The notes below the pieces were generated by a model. It had not been told where the DNA came from. It ran no database searches and saw only the letters and a list, made by a program, of their open reading frames with translations. Shown here in pieces: positions 41,028 to 51,146 of a stretch of 64,000 nucleotides of DNA; the first letter of the stretch is position 1; every line of letters begins with the position of its first letter. Origin of the DNA: an uncultured Prochlorococcus sp. (lineage in GTDB: Bacteria > Cyanobacteriota > Cyanobacteriia > PCC-6307 > Cyanobiaceae); the NCBI GenBank assembly GCA_902576415.1, contig CACGVZ010000002.1, positions 11,852-75,851 of the forward strand. Reading direction: 5' to 3'. The position numbers were made by a program, and so were the translations under genes.

Positions 41028-42569
41028 TTAATCTGATGCACCAAGGAATAATCTATAAGTATCGTTTTGAGTTTCATCCCAGAATTTATAGCCTAATATT
41101 CTTACAAAATTATTCCACTCTAAAATCTCATTTTTATCAATCAAAACTCCAATAACAATTTTTCCTACATCAGCCCCATAATTCCTGTAGTGAAAAACGC
41201 TTATAGACCAATTAGATTTCATATTATTTAAGAAGTTTATTAATGCTCCTGGCCTTTCAGGAAACTCAAATCTGTATAAAAGTTCAATAAAGTTTTTATA
41301 TTCCATTTCTTTAAAATCCCTTGGTAATCTTCCACCTACCATATGTCTAAGATGATTTTTAGATAATTCATCATCACTTATGTCAATAAATGAATAATCA
41401 GAATTTTTAAATACATTTAATAGATTTTTTTTATCATTTAAACCATATACTTGAACTCCAACAAAGATCTGTGCATTTTTAGAATTAGACATCCTATAGC
41501 TAAATTCAGTTAAATTTCTATTATCTAGTAACTTACAAAAATCAATTAGACTACCAGCGTGCTCAGGAATTTCAACAGCTAACATTACTTCTTTACACTC
41601 TCCAAGTTCTGCTCTTTCTGCTACAAATCTAAGCCTCTCAAAATTCATATTTGCACCACATGCAATCGCAACCATTTTTTTATTTGAATGATTCGAATTT
41701 AAAATATCTTTTTTCATTCCTGCTATTGATAACGCACCTGCGGGCTCTAGTATTGATCTAGTATCCTCAAAAACATCTTTTATAGCAGCACATATTTCGT
41801 CAGTATTAACCCTAATCATTTTATCTATATTTTTTCTACAAATATCAAAAGTATTTTTACCAATTTTTTTAACCGCCACTCCATCTGCAAATTGACCAAC
41901 AGAAGGTAATTCCACAACTTTTTCTTCCTCCAATGATTTTGTCATAGCGTCTGAGTCTTCAGGTTCTACGCCAATTATTTTTACTTCAGGCCATATTTTT
42001 TTTATATATAAAGAAATTCCTGATATCAATCCACCGCCACCAACAGCAACATAAATTGCATATGGTTTTTCCGTGAGTTGCTTTTCAAGTTCAATTGCTA
42101 TTGTTCCTTGTCCTGCTATTACTTCTGGATCATCAAAAGGATGAATGAAACATAAATTTTTTTCTTCGCTAATCCTTTTTGCTTCTCTATATGTTTCATC
42201 ATAATTTTCTCCAAATAATATTACTTTGGCTTTTAAATTTTTTACTGCATTAATCTTTACTAATGGTGTCGTAATGGGCATTAATATTGTTGCCTGACAA
42301 TTTAGCTTAATGGCACTCAGTGCAACTCCTTGAGCATGATTACCTGCACTTGATGTTATGACACCTTGATCAAGTTCTGATTTGGTGAGCTTGCTCATCT
42401 TGTTATAAGCACCTCTAATTTTAAATGAAAATACATCTTGGAGATCTTCCCTTTTTAAGAAAATTTCGTTTTTAAGCGTATTACTTAAATTATGAGCTTT
42501 TTCTAGAGGTGTTTTTTTCGCAACTTCATAGACTTTAGCTTGAAGTATTTTTTCAAAATAATCATTCAT
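41028..42569 (-). CDS. ilvA: threonine ammonia-lyase, biosynthetic
   Basis: KREDLQ.VFSFKIRGA, SAGNHAQG and FPERPGAL. Confidence 0.97.
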   Translation of the reverse strand: MNDYFEKILQAKVYEVAKKTPLEKAHNLSNTLKNEIFLKREDLQDVFSFKIRGAYNKMSKLTKSELDQGVITSSAGNHAQGVALSAIKLNCQATILMPITTPLVKINAVKNLKAKVILFGENYDETYREAKRISEEKNLCFIHPFDDPEVIAGQGTIAIELEKQLTEKPYAIYVAVGGGGLISGISLYIKKIWPEVKIIGVEPEDSDAMTKSLEEEKVVELPSVGQFADGVAVKKIGKNTFDICRKNIDKMIRVNTDEICAAIKDVFEDTRSILEPAGALSIAGMKKDILNSNHSNKKMVAIACGANMNFERLRFVAERAELGECKEVMLAVEIPEHAGSLIDFCKLLDNRNLTEFSYRMSNSKNAQIFVGVQVYGLNDKKNLLNVFKNSDYSFIDISDDELSKNHLRHMVGGRLPRDFKEMEYKNFIELLYRFEFPERPGALINFLNNMKSNWSISVFHYRNYGADVGKIVIGVLIDKNEILEWNNFVRILGYKFWDETQNDTYRLFLGASD

Positions 42570-42686
42570 ATTTATATTTTTAGCATTAATTATTAATCTA
42601 ATTAAAACATTACATGATCTATTTCAAAAAAATTACTCATTTTGCACCTCGGCGTTTTAGATTATATAGATACCAATTTTTATTCA

Positions 42687-44576
42687 ATGCTTTTAAGTGA
42701 GTTAAGCCATCCAAATCAACTACATGGCTTAACAATTTCACAATTAGAGGAAATTGCTTGTCAAATTAGAGAAAGGCATCTTCAAGTAGTATCCACTAGT
42801 GGTGGACATCTTGGTCCCGGATTGGGTGTAGTTGAGCTGACATTGGCTTTATATCAAACTCTTGACCTTGATTTAGATAAAGTTGTCTGGGATGTAGGAC
42901 ATCAAGGTTATCCTCATAAATTAATAACAGGACGTTACAGTGAATTTGATTCCCTAAGACAACAAAATGGAGTAGCTGGATATCTAAAAAGAAGTGAAAG
43001 TAAATTTGACCATTTTGGGGCTGGTCATGCCAGCACCTCTATTTCTGCTGCTTTAGGGATGGCAATAGCAAGAGATAGAAAAGGTGAAAATTATAAATGT
43101 GTTGCTGTTATTGGAGATGGAGCATTAACTGGAGGAATGGCTTTAGAAGCTATAAATCATGCTGGTCACTTACCAAATACTCCCTTGGTTGTAGTATTAA
43201 ACGACAATGATATGTCTATATCACCTCCAGTTGGTGCACTATCATCTTACTTAAATAAGGTGAGACTTAGCCCTCCATTACAATTTTTGTCGGATAGTGT
43301 TCAGGAAAGTGTTAAAAATATTCCCTTAATTGGCAAGGATATTCCGGAGGAATTAAAGAATATAAAAGGAAGCGTGAGACGTTTAGCTGTTCCAAAAGTA
43401 GGTGCAGTTTTTGAAGAACTAGGATTTACATATATGGGTCCAATCGAAGGTCATGATATTGGAAATCTAATAACTACTTTTAATGCTGCTCATAGACTTA
43501 AAAAACCTGTACTTGTTCATGTCGTCACTACAAAAGGTAAAGGATACCCTTATGCAGAAGCTGATCAAGTTGGTTATCACGCTCAGTCTGCATTCGATCT
43601 TACTACTGGGAAATCAATTCCATCAAAAAAACCAAAGCCTGTTAGTTACAGTAAAATTTTTGGTCAAACTTTATTAAAAATTTGCGAACAGGATAGCAAG
43701 GTTATTGGTATCACTGCAGCAATGGCTACTGGTACTGGATTAGATTTATTGCAAAAAAATATCCCAGATCAATACGTTGATGTAGGAATTGCTGAACAGC
43801 ATGCAGTTACTCTTGCCGCAGGAATGTCTTGCGATGGTCTTAAACCTGTTGTAGCTATTTACAGTACTTTTCTTCAACGAGCGTTCGATCAATTAATTCA
43901 TGATGTAGGTATACAAAATTTACCTGTATCTTTCGTGCTTGATAGAGCTGGAATAGTTGGGGCAGACGGTCCTACTCACCAAGGGCAGTACGATATCAGT
44001 TATATGAGATCTATACCAAATTTTGTATTAATGGCACCAAAGGATGAATCTGAATTACAGAGAATGTTAATTACATCTATTAACCATAAAGGTCCAACTG
44101 CTTTAAGAATACCTAGAGGTTCTGGCTTAGGTGTAGTAGTTATGGATGAGGGTTGGGAACCTTTGAATATAGGAGAAGCTGAAATACTAGAAGAGGGAAA
44201 TGATATTTTAATTATTGCTTATGGATCAATGGTCGCTTCAGCTATCCAAACAGCAGAAATCCTAAAAGGTATGAATATTAATGCATGTATTGTAAATGCA
44301 AGATTTGTAAAACCTTTAGATGAAAACCTTATTATTCCTTTAGCAAGTAGGATTCAAAAAGTAGTAACGATGGAGGAAGGCACTTTAATAGGCGGTTTTG
44401 GCTCTGCTATCGTTGAATTATTTAACGATAATGAAGTAAATGTCCCTGTATACAGAATTGGTATTCCAGATGTATTAGTAGATCATGCATCACCTGATCA
44501 GAGTAAAGAGAAATTAGGTCTTAAGCCTGATCAGATGGCAGATAAAATTATCAAGAAATTTAAATTAAAAAGTTAA
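42687..44576 (+). CDS. dxs: 1-deoxy-D-xylulose-5-phosphate synthase
   Basis: [27 protein letters not shown] and GIAEQHA; ATG 42687. Confidence 0.97.
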   Translation: MLLSELSHPNQLHGLTISQLEEIACQIRERHLQVVSTSGGHLGPGLGVVELTLALYQTLDLDLDKVVWDVGHQGYPHKLITGRYSEFDSLRQQNGVAGYLKRSESKFDHFGAGHASTSISAALGMAIARDRKGENYKCVAVIGDGALTGGMALEAINHAGHLPNTPLVVVLNDNDMSISPPVGALSSYLNKVRLSPPLQFLSDSVQESVKNIPLIGKDIPEELKNIKGSVRRLAVPKVGAVFEELGFTYMGPIEGHDIGNLITTFNAAHRLKKPVLVHVVTTKGKGYPYAEADQVGYHAQSAFDLTTGKSIPSKKPKPVSYSKIFGQTLLKICEQDSKVIGITAAMATGTGLDLLQKNIPDQYVDVGIAEQHAVTLAAGMSCDGLKPVVAIYSTFLQRAFDQLIHDVGIQNLPVSFVLDRAGIVGADGPTHQGQYDISYMRSIPNFVLMAPKDESELQRMLITSINHKGPTALRIPRGSGLGVVVMDEGWEPLNIGEAEILEEGNDILIIAYGSMVASAIQTAEILKGMNINACIVNARFVKPLDENLIIPLASRIQKVVTMEEGTLIGGFGSAIVELFNDNEVNVPVYRIGIPDVLVDHASPDQSKEKLGLKPDQMADKIIKKFKLKS

Positions 44577-44594
44577 AAACTTATAAATAAAAAT

Positions 44595-44858
44595 TTATAA
44601 AACTCCTCGTGATGCAAGTCCTAGGATAGCTCCAATTCCAAAAATATGACCAAGGCAATTAGCTCCCACAACAGATGCGTGACTTAAACCACCATAGAAT
44701 TTTGAATTAGGTATTTCAAAACCTTCATTAGGTTTTCTGATAGTTGCTCTAGCAATTGCATAAGCAAAAACATTACATGCAATCATAACAACGGCGCACT
44801 TTGGTGACCATTCGAATGTTGCTGGAGCAGAAGCAGCTGCAAATAATGTAGTAAACAT
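44595..44858 (-). CDS. psaK: photosystem I subunit PsaK
   Basis: WSPK.AVVMIACNV…GHIFGIGAILGLA..G. Confidence 0.92.
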   Translation of the reverse strand: MFTTLFAAASAPATFEWSPKCAVVMIACNVFAYAIARATIRKPNEGFEIPNSKFYGGLSHASVVGANCLGHIFGIGAILGLASRGVL

Positions 44859-44924
44859 AAAAAATCGTTATTTGTATATATTCTCTAATACTTTTAGCTA
44901 AAAAACAAAAAATTGTAAAAGGTC

Positions 44925-45260
44925 TTAAGAGTTGTTTACTTCTAAGTTATTTAAAATCTTTATGAAGCCAAACAAAATAACAAAATCGCTTAAGGTTAAG
45001 AAAGATTCTGCTAAACCATGGAGGAAGTCTACCTCAACAAGAGTTTTGCCGTAGTAATTTAATGTGTAGATAGAAACTATTATTGTTATAAAAACAAATA
45101 CAACTGTTAAGGAATAACCTGTTTTTACTACTAGATTAACAGATTTAATTTTATATAAGTAAAACAAAAAGATTGCATATGGAACTATAGATGCTGCGAA
45201 CAATGCTGTATTGTCAATTAAAGCTAATTTTTCTATAAATTTTATAAATAAATCATTCAT
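44925..45260 (-). CDS. membrane protein (DUF3593-like)
   Basis: LFAASIVPY..FL, L.EVDFLHG.AESFLTLS; ATG 45260 overlaps the upstream gene stop. Confidence 0.75.
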   Translation of the reverse strand: MNDLFIKFIEKLALIDNTALFAASIVPYAIFLFYLYKIKSVNLVVKTGYSLTVVFVFITIIVSIYTLNYYGKTLVEVDFLHGLAESFLTLSDFVILFGFIKILNNLEVNNS

Positions 45261-45555
45261 AAGTCTCTTTCGCTTTAAAAATAGTGAATGATGCAAGAGC
45301 TAATGTTGAATTTCCAATAAATGTAAATATCCCTTGAAGCGTTACTAATCCATACAATGCATCTTGATTATCATAAATATGCCATGTTATAGCGCACATA
45401 GCTCCTATCAAGTTTGGTACCATTGCTAAGCTTAACCAAAAAAATAAATTATATTTTTTATATGTAGAAATTTTGTATATGACAAAAATGGTTAATATCC
45501 ATTCAATAACTGAAGAGATATGAATTACCCAAGTTCCAAATGAAAGTTCGTGCAA
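45253..45555 (-). CDS. Ycf49/DUF2499 membrane protein
   Basis: MHELSFGTWVIHISSVIEW…AMCAITWH.YDN. Confidence 0.82.
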   Translation of the reverse strand: MHELSFGTWVIHISSVIEWILTIFVIYKISTYKKYNLFFWLSLAMVPNLIGAMCAITWHIYDNQDALYGLVTLQGIFTFIGNSTLALASFTIFKAKETYE

Positions 45556-45558
45556 AAT

Positions 45559-46092
45559 TTATATTTTTTTCTTTAGTAAATTGAGTACTTCCTTTGCATG
45601 ATTTATAGGTAAAACACTTATCCATCTATAAGAAATTTCCCCTTCTGGAGAAATTAAAAAAGTATTTCTATCTGAAAAAGGAGGAATCCAGGAACCATAT
45701 TTATCGCTAATAATTCCTTCAGGATCAGACAATAAAGTGTAGTTTATGGATTTCTCGCTGCAGAAACTTTCATGAGAATCTTGATTATCAGCACTAATCC
45801 CAACAATTTCAGCATTATATTTTGAAAAATCTTTTTTTAATTCAGAAAAGCCTTTAGCTTCAAGTGTGCAACCTGCTGTAAAGTCCTTTGGATAAAAATA
45901 CATAACAAGCCACTTGCCTTGAAAATCATTTAATTCCCATATATTTTTTGATTTTATGTTTTTATTAAAACCTTCTAATCGAAAGTTTGGAGCAATGTCC
46001 CCTATTTCAGGAGCAAAGTCATAGGCTATTGCTAAATTACAATTAAATAAAAGAATGAATGGAATTAAAGTACTTACAACTAAATTTCTCAT
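45559..46092 (-). CDS. bcp: peroxiredoxin Q/BCP with signal peptide
   Basis: YFYPKDFTAGC (PxxxTxxC), RNTFLISPEG, hydrophobic N-terminus ending AIA. Confidence 0.88.
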   Translation of the reverse strand: MRNLVVSTLIPFILLFNCNLAIAYDFAPEIGDIAPNFRLEGFNKNIKSKNIWELNDFQGKWLVMYFYPKDFTAGCTLEAKGFSELKKDFSKYNAEIVGISADNQDSHESFCSEKSINYTLLSDPEGIISDKYGSWIPPFSDRNTFLISPEGEISYRWISVLPINHAKEVLNLLKKKI

Positions 46093-46097
46093 CAAAT

Positions 46098-46334
46098 TTA
46101 GAAATTTTTTAAATCAACTCCATTTGATTTAGCAAATTTATCTAACCCCACTTTTTGTATAGATTTTAGTGCTTTGGTACTAATTTTTATATTTACCCAT
46201 TTTTTGCCTTCTTCCCACCAAAGTCTTCTTTTTTGGAGATTAACTTGTTGCAATTTTTTTGTACGAATATGTGAATGACTTACAGCCATCCCGTTATTAG
46301 CTTTTGCTCCAGTAAGCTCGCAAACTCTTGACAT
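46098..46334 (-). CDS. rpmB: 50S ribosomal protein L28
   Basis: [25 protein letters not shown]. Confidence 0.98.
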   Translation of the reverse strand: MSRVCELTGAKANNGMAVSHSHIRTKKLQQVNLQKRRLWWEEGKKWVNIKISTKALKSIQKVGLDKFAKSNGVDLKNF

Positions 46335-46373
46335 ATTTTTTTGAGTTATATATATAAAATTTTAACACACGAC

Positions 46374-48278
46374 TCAATTTGTTGAGTTAAGCAATTCTGA
46401 AATTAATTCGGCGTTGTTATTTTGTAAATTAATAATCTGTTCTTGATCTAATCCTCCAACAGATAGTTTAGCCATATCGTAAACATGATTAGCAATTTTA
46501 GATGCTAATGGATTTTCTATAGAATCTTTTTTATCAATGATTATTTTATTACTTGTAATTTTATTAAGACCGACGATAAGAGGATGTTCCTTATTAATTA
46601 AAAGCACATGATATTCAGGTAAGCCAGGCATCTTTTGTTCCATGTAAGCACCCATATCATTAATTCTTCTCATTTGTTCTGGTAGCAAGATCATCGCAGG
46701 TGGTGCATCTTTACTTGCAAGAGACTGAACTTTTACTGTTACTTTTTCATTATTAAGTGCTTTTACAATAGTATCTTTAAGATTTTCTGTATTTGATTTG
46801 CCATCCTTATCTACAATTTCTTTTGATTCTGTATCATCAAGTTCATTTATTTCTGAATCAACTCTTTGGAACTGATAATCTTCGTTTTTACTTTCTAACC
46901 AGGGAAGAAATTGTGCATCAATTAAGGGATCTGACTTAATAACTTCTTTGTTATCAGATAAGCAGATATTTAATGCGCTTGACTGAGCTATCGAATCTGA
47001 ACAGTAAATTATTTTTTTAGAGTCAGATATCTTATTTCGTTCTTTGTAATTTGCCAGAGTTGTGAAATATTTATCATTGGATTTGATAAGCGACTTATTT
47101 TCAATATCTTTAGTTACGTCTTTCTCCGAATTTATGATTGTTTCAAAAATTATACTGCTATCTACTAAATCAGCAAATTTCTCATCTTCGATAGCACCAA
47201 TTTTAATAAAAGCAGAGATAGAATCCCAAATTTCTGCATAAAATTCTGGTGAATTTTTAATCAAATCTTTCAGTTTATTGGCGATTTTTTTTGAAATAAA
47301 TGATGATATAGATCTTACTTTTCTATCTGTTTGTAATGCACTTCTACTAACATTTAGCGGTATATCTGTAGAATCAATTACTCCTCTAAGAGGTAAAAGA
47401 TATTTTGGTACAATCTCTTTAATTGAATCGCTTACGAATACTTGATTACAAAATAGTTTAATCTCTCCCTTTTCCCAATCAGCTCTACCAGACAACTTAG
47501 GGAAATACAATATCCCTTGTATGTCATATGGATAATCAGTATTTAGATGAATCCATAAAAGTGGATCTCCCTGAAAAGGATAAAGGTATTTGTACAACTC
47601 AATATAATCTTCATCTTTTAATTCACTTGGTTGTTTTCTCCAGGGAGGATTTTTCTTATTAATTGTCTCACCTTCTAATAAAACATCTATTGGCATAAAA
47701 TCACAATATTTTTTTATTAATGATTTAATCCTTTCAGGCTCTATAAACTCTTTTTCTTCTTCAAGAAGATGAAGTATGACATCTGTACCAATTGTCTCTC
47801 TTTCTGACTCCTCTAAAGTGAAATTTGGCGATCCATCACAAGACCATTTGAAAGCTTTTGAATCTCCAATTGCTGATTTAGTTAATATGTCAACTCTATC
47901 TGCAACCATAAAACTTGAATAAAATCCAAGTCCAAAATGGCCTATGAATTCATCATTATCTTTTTTATATTTTGTTAGAAATTCTTCTGCGCTAGAGAAT
48001 GCTACTTGGTTTATGTACTTCTTAATTTCTTCATCATTCATTCCAATTCCATTATCAGAAATCGTTAGAGTATTTTTTTCACGATCAATAGATATTTTTA
48101 CTTGAGCTTCTTCAGTATTTTCGCAGTCGCCTGCCATAGATGCCATTCTTCGTTTACTTATAGCGTCAACACCATTACTAACGAGTTCTCTTAAAAAGAT
48201 TTCATGGTCAGAATAAACTGCCTTCTTGATAATTGGGAAAATATTTTCGGTATTAATACGAATTTCGCCTTTTTCCAT
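46374..48278 (-). CDS. htpG: chaperone HtpG (Hsp90)
   Basis: EIFLRELVSN, DNGIGM, IGHFGLGFYS and LNVSRS. Confidence 0.97.
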   Translation of the reverse strand: MEKGEIRINTENIFPIIKKAVYSDHEIFLRELVSNGVDAISKRRMASMAGDCENTEEAQVKISIDREKNTLTISDNGIGMNDEEIKKYINQVAFSSAEEFLTKYKKDNDEFIGHFGLGFYSSFMVADRVDILTKSAIGDSKAFKWSCDGSPNFTLEESERETIGTDVILHLLEEEKEFIEPERIKSLIKKYCDFMPIDVLLEGETINKKNPPWRKQPSELKDEDYIELYKYLYPFQGDPLLWIHLNTDYPYDIQGILYFPKLSGRADWEKGEIKLFCNQVFVSDSIKEIVPKYLLPLRGVIDSTDIPLNVSRSALQTDRKVRSISSFISKKIANKLKDLIKNSPEFYAEIWDSISAFIKIGAIEDEKFADLVDSSIIFETIINSEKDVTKDIENKSLIKSNDKYFTTLANYKERNKISDSKKIIYCSDSIAQSSALNICLSDNKEVIKSDPLIDAQFLPWLESKNEDYQFQRVDSEINELDDTESKEIVDKDGKSNTENLKDTIVKALNNEKVTVKVQSLASKDAPPAMILLPEQMRRINDMGAYMEQKMPGLPEYHVLLINKEHPLIVGLNKITSNKIIIDKKDSIENPLASKIANHVYDMAKLSVGGLDQEQIINLQNNNAELISELLNSTN

Positions 48279-48368
48279 TTAAAAAAAATCAAACAAATTA
48301 AATCTTATTTCCTAAAAACTAGTTAATCAAGTTTAATTAGGAGTATTGTCCGAACAATATATGAATTT

Positions 48369-48399
48369 AAAAACCTAAATGTACATTTAAAAGGTTTTA
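48369..48399 (-). terminator. possible hairpin terminator after hisZ
   Basis: perfect palindrome TAAATGTACATTTA (48376-48389) flanked by AAAACC / GGTTTT, right at the hisZ stop. Confidence 0.3.
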
Positions 48400-49548
48400 T
48401 TTAACCCACAAGATTTCGCTACAATTGTTTTCTTTCATGATTTGATTGGCTTTAGCTAAGTCATTACATGGATTTAAATGTAAGACGGCAATATTTCCTC
48501 TTTTATGTTGTTCTTTTTGTTCATTCATACCTTTTTCTAACAAATAAGGATCTTTAAACATTAATAAAATCTTTTTTTTATCTGTCTTTTCTTCCCTAAT
48601 TAAATTTCTTAAAGTGTCTATTGAAATTGTAAATCCAATCCCATTTAAGATTTTCTCATTAGGACTAAAGAATCTTACTAATTCATCATATCTTCCCCCT
48701 TTTGCAATAACGCTTTTATTATTACCATCATCTCCTATAAGTTGAAAAACTATTCCTTCATATAAATTTAAGTGAGGTTGAAACGTGGGATCAAGTTGCA
48801 ATTTTATACCATATTTTGTTGATATTTTTGATAACGTTTCAAATAAAAAATTTAAATCATCTAAAGTTTTACTAGTACCATATATACTCTTTAATCTTTT
48901 TAATATTCCAATTGGTTCTCCTCTTGTGAATAGCAGATCTTTAAGAATATATTTATCATCTTCATCAATTCCTAATTTAGATAAATTATCTTGATCAAAA
49001 TTAACCAGACTTTTTTTTATTTCTTCAAAATTATTATTCTTATATTTATATAAGATTAAATCCATTATTTTAGTTGTGCTTACTAGTAGAAATAAATTAC
49101 ATCCATCCTGCAAATTAATATTATCGATTGCATCAAACAAAATATTAATAACTTCAATTTCTGGGTATTTTGTATCATATCCAATTAATTCAATCCCACT
49201 CTGAAGTTTTTCTTGTAACTTAATTGAATTTTTATTATTTAGTTTTTTATCAAAGACCATTCCATTGGTGAATAATCTTATAGGTCTTTTCTTATTTATT
49301 AATCTAGTAGATGACAATTTAACAATAGATGTTGTCATTTCTGGCCTAAGACATAATGAATTATTACTTACTATTCCAACTAGCTGATTTTCTTCAATAA
49401 ATCCACGTCCTTTTATAGTCTCTAAAGTATTTATAAATGATGGAGAAACCTCTTCATATCCCCATAGTTTGTAAATACTATTTAATTTATTGATGATATT
49501 AGAGTTGTTTTTTACATCTACTAATTTAATTTCCTTTATATCAGTCAT
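48397..49548 (-). CDS. hisZ: ATP phosphoribosyltransferase regulatory subunit
   Basis: HisRS-like LRPEMT.SI, QSGIELIG, Y.GIVF and GGRYD. Confidence 0.88.
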   Translation of the reverse strand: MTDIKEIKLVDVKNNSNIINKLNSIYKLWGYEEVSPSFINTLETIKGRGFIEENQLVGIVSNNSLCLRPEMTTSIVKLSSTRLINKKRPIRLFTNGMVFDKKLNNKNSIKLQEKLQSGIELIGYDTKYPEIEVINILFDAIDNINLQDGCNLFLLVSTTKIMDLILYKYKNNNFEEIKKSLVNFDQDNLSKLGIDEDDKYILKDLLFTRGEPIGILKRLKSIYGTSKTLDDLNFLFETLSKISTKYGIKLQLDPTFQPHLNLYEGIVFQLIGDDGNNKSVIAKGGRYDELVRFFSPNEKILNGIGFTISIDTLRNLIREEKTDKKKILLMFKDPYLLEKGMNEQKEQHKRGNIAVLHLNPCNDLAKANQIMKENNCSEILWVK

Positions 49549-49566
49549 TTGAATATTTAACGAGTT

Positions 49567-50415
49567 TTAAGTGTAGAGATTTTTATTAAATGGAGATACT
49601 TTATCTAGTTCATTTTTTAATTCATTTTCAAGGTTGGGAGAACAAGCTAAAATTCTTCCAGAACTTAAATTAAATTTACCTGATGGATAATCTGAAATAA
49701 TTCCACCAGCTTCTTTTACAATGATAGCACCGGCTGCTAAGTCCCATACCTCTAATCCTCTTTCCCAATATCCATCAACCTTACCTGAAGCAACAAATGC
49801 TAGATCAACTGCTGCTGCACCTCCTCTTCTGACACCTCTAGTTTTATGAGTTAAATAACAAAATTCAGCATAATTATTATCCTCTGTCTCAAATCTGTCA
49901 TAAGAGAAACCAGTTACAAGTAGACTTTCAGAAAGATTTGAAGGACTCGATACTTTAAGTTTGCTATCATTACAGAATGATCCTAAACCGATACAGGCTG
50001 AATATAGCTCATTTAAATATGGTACTGATATAGCCCCTATTATTGGCTTGTTTTTATATAAAAGACCTATAGAAGTTCCAAAAAAAGGATATCCATGTGA
50101 ATAATTTGTTGTGCCGTCTAATGGGTCTATACACCATGTTAAATCCGAGGATTTTTTTAATTTACCCGATTCCTCTGCATTGATAGATATGTTTGGGGTC
50201 TCTTCTAATAAATATTCTTTTATTTTACGTTCAACTTCCAAATCTACATTAGTTACTAGATCACCTTTCCTACCCTTTGATGATATTTTCTGAATTTTAT
50301 TGTAATTAACTTTTAGAATTTCATTACCAATTTGAGCGGAATTCTTTGCTATTTCATACAAACTGGATAAATTCACTTGATTTGTAATTTCTTCTATTTC
50401 ACTTGATTCAAACAT
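49567..50415 (-). CDS. suhB: inositol monophosphatase family protein
   Basis: DLVT.VD, WCIDPLDGTTNY and WDLAAG. Confidence 0.9.
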   Translation of the reverse strand: MFESSEIEEITNQVNLSSLYEIAKNSAQIGNEILKVNYNKIQKISSKGRKGDLVTNVDLEVERKIKEYLLEETPNISINAEESGKLKKSSDLTWCIDPLDGTTNYSHGYPFFGTSIGLLYKNKPIIGAISVPYLNELYSACIGLGSFCNDSKLKVSSPSNLSESLLVTGFSYDRFETEDNNYAEFCYLTHKTRGVRRGGAAAVDLAFVASGKVDGYWERGLEVWDLAAGAIIVKEAGGIISDYPSGKFNLSSGRILACSPNLENELKNELDKVSPFNKNLYT

Positions 50416-50420
50416 GATAA

Positions 50421-50795
50421 TTAATCTTCCTCAAATTCCCAAGGTGGAGCAACTCTTGTATTTCCCCTCCCAAAATATTGTCCAAATTGTATATCATAAA
50501 CCTCATCTTCGAATGTAGTTTCCACCTCAAGATCTGAAGTTGCTTTTGCGACACAAAGTAGTGCATAACCTTTATCTTTTAAGGCTTGAGAAACACCCAT
50601 GGCTTCAGGTTGTTCCAAACTACCAGATATTATTTTAACTGCACAACTAGTACAGCAACCATTTCTACATGAAAATGAAAGTTTGAAACCCTTCTTTTCA
50701 AATTCCTTAAGTATGTAATCATCACTATTAACCTGCTCTTGGTAAACCTTTCCGGTTTCCTTATTTTTAATCGTGACTGTGAAAGTCTTTTTCAA
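50421..50795 (-). CDS. 2Fe-2S ferredoxin-like protein with C-terminal extension
   Basis: SCRNGCCTSC…LLCVA; tail EDEVY.IQFG.YF. Confidence 0.9.
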   Translation of the reverse strand: MKKTFTVTIKNKETGKVYQEQVNSDDYILKEFEKKGFKLSFSCRNGCCTSCAVKIISGSLEQPEAMGVSQALKDKGYALLCVAKATSDLEVETTFEDEVYDIQFGQYFGRGNTRVAPPWEFEED

Positions 50796-50844
50796 ATAAC
50801 TTTCCTCTAAAATGGGATGATCAAGGGTTAAAATGATTATTCAA

Positions 50845-50931
50845 GGAGAGGTGGCCGAGTGGTTGAAGGCGCAGCACTGGAAATGCTGTATAGGGGCAAC
50901 TTTATCGAGGGTTCGAATCCCTCTCTCTCCG
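50845..50931 (+). tRNA. tRNA-Ser(GGA)
   Basis: GGAGAGG acceptor stem, anticodon arm CAGCA-CT-GGA-AA-TGCTG, long variable arm, GGTTCGAATCC T-arm, discriminator G; CCA not encoded. Confidence 0.97.
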
Positions 50932-51146
50932 TTTTATATTAGTTTATTTTGGTTAACTACATCAACAACTTTATTTTTTAAAAAATTCTTTTAAAGTACA
51001 TCGAAATGATTATGAAAAGAGATAAATAATCTTATTTATTTAAATTAAGTTGAAAATATTTGATTTTTACTATTATATGTAAATATCTAAAATAAAAATT
51101 AATTAAATTATTAGTAAATTGTGCTTTAATTTAGCGATCTAAAATC

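Noticed and set aside
50660-50690. Ferredoxin has LSFSCR where the family usually has LP(F/Y)SCR
   Set aside because: A single substitution with all cluster Cys intact; likely ordinary variation
50845-51146. tRNA-Ser as a possible island integration site
   Set aside because: Flanked by core genes (ferredoxin, dnaK); no integrase and no duplicated tRNA 3' end seen
51000-51146. CIRCE/HrcA operator upstream of dnaK (also checked upstream of htpG)
   Set aside because: No TTAGCACTC-N9-GAGTGCTAA match
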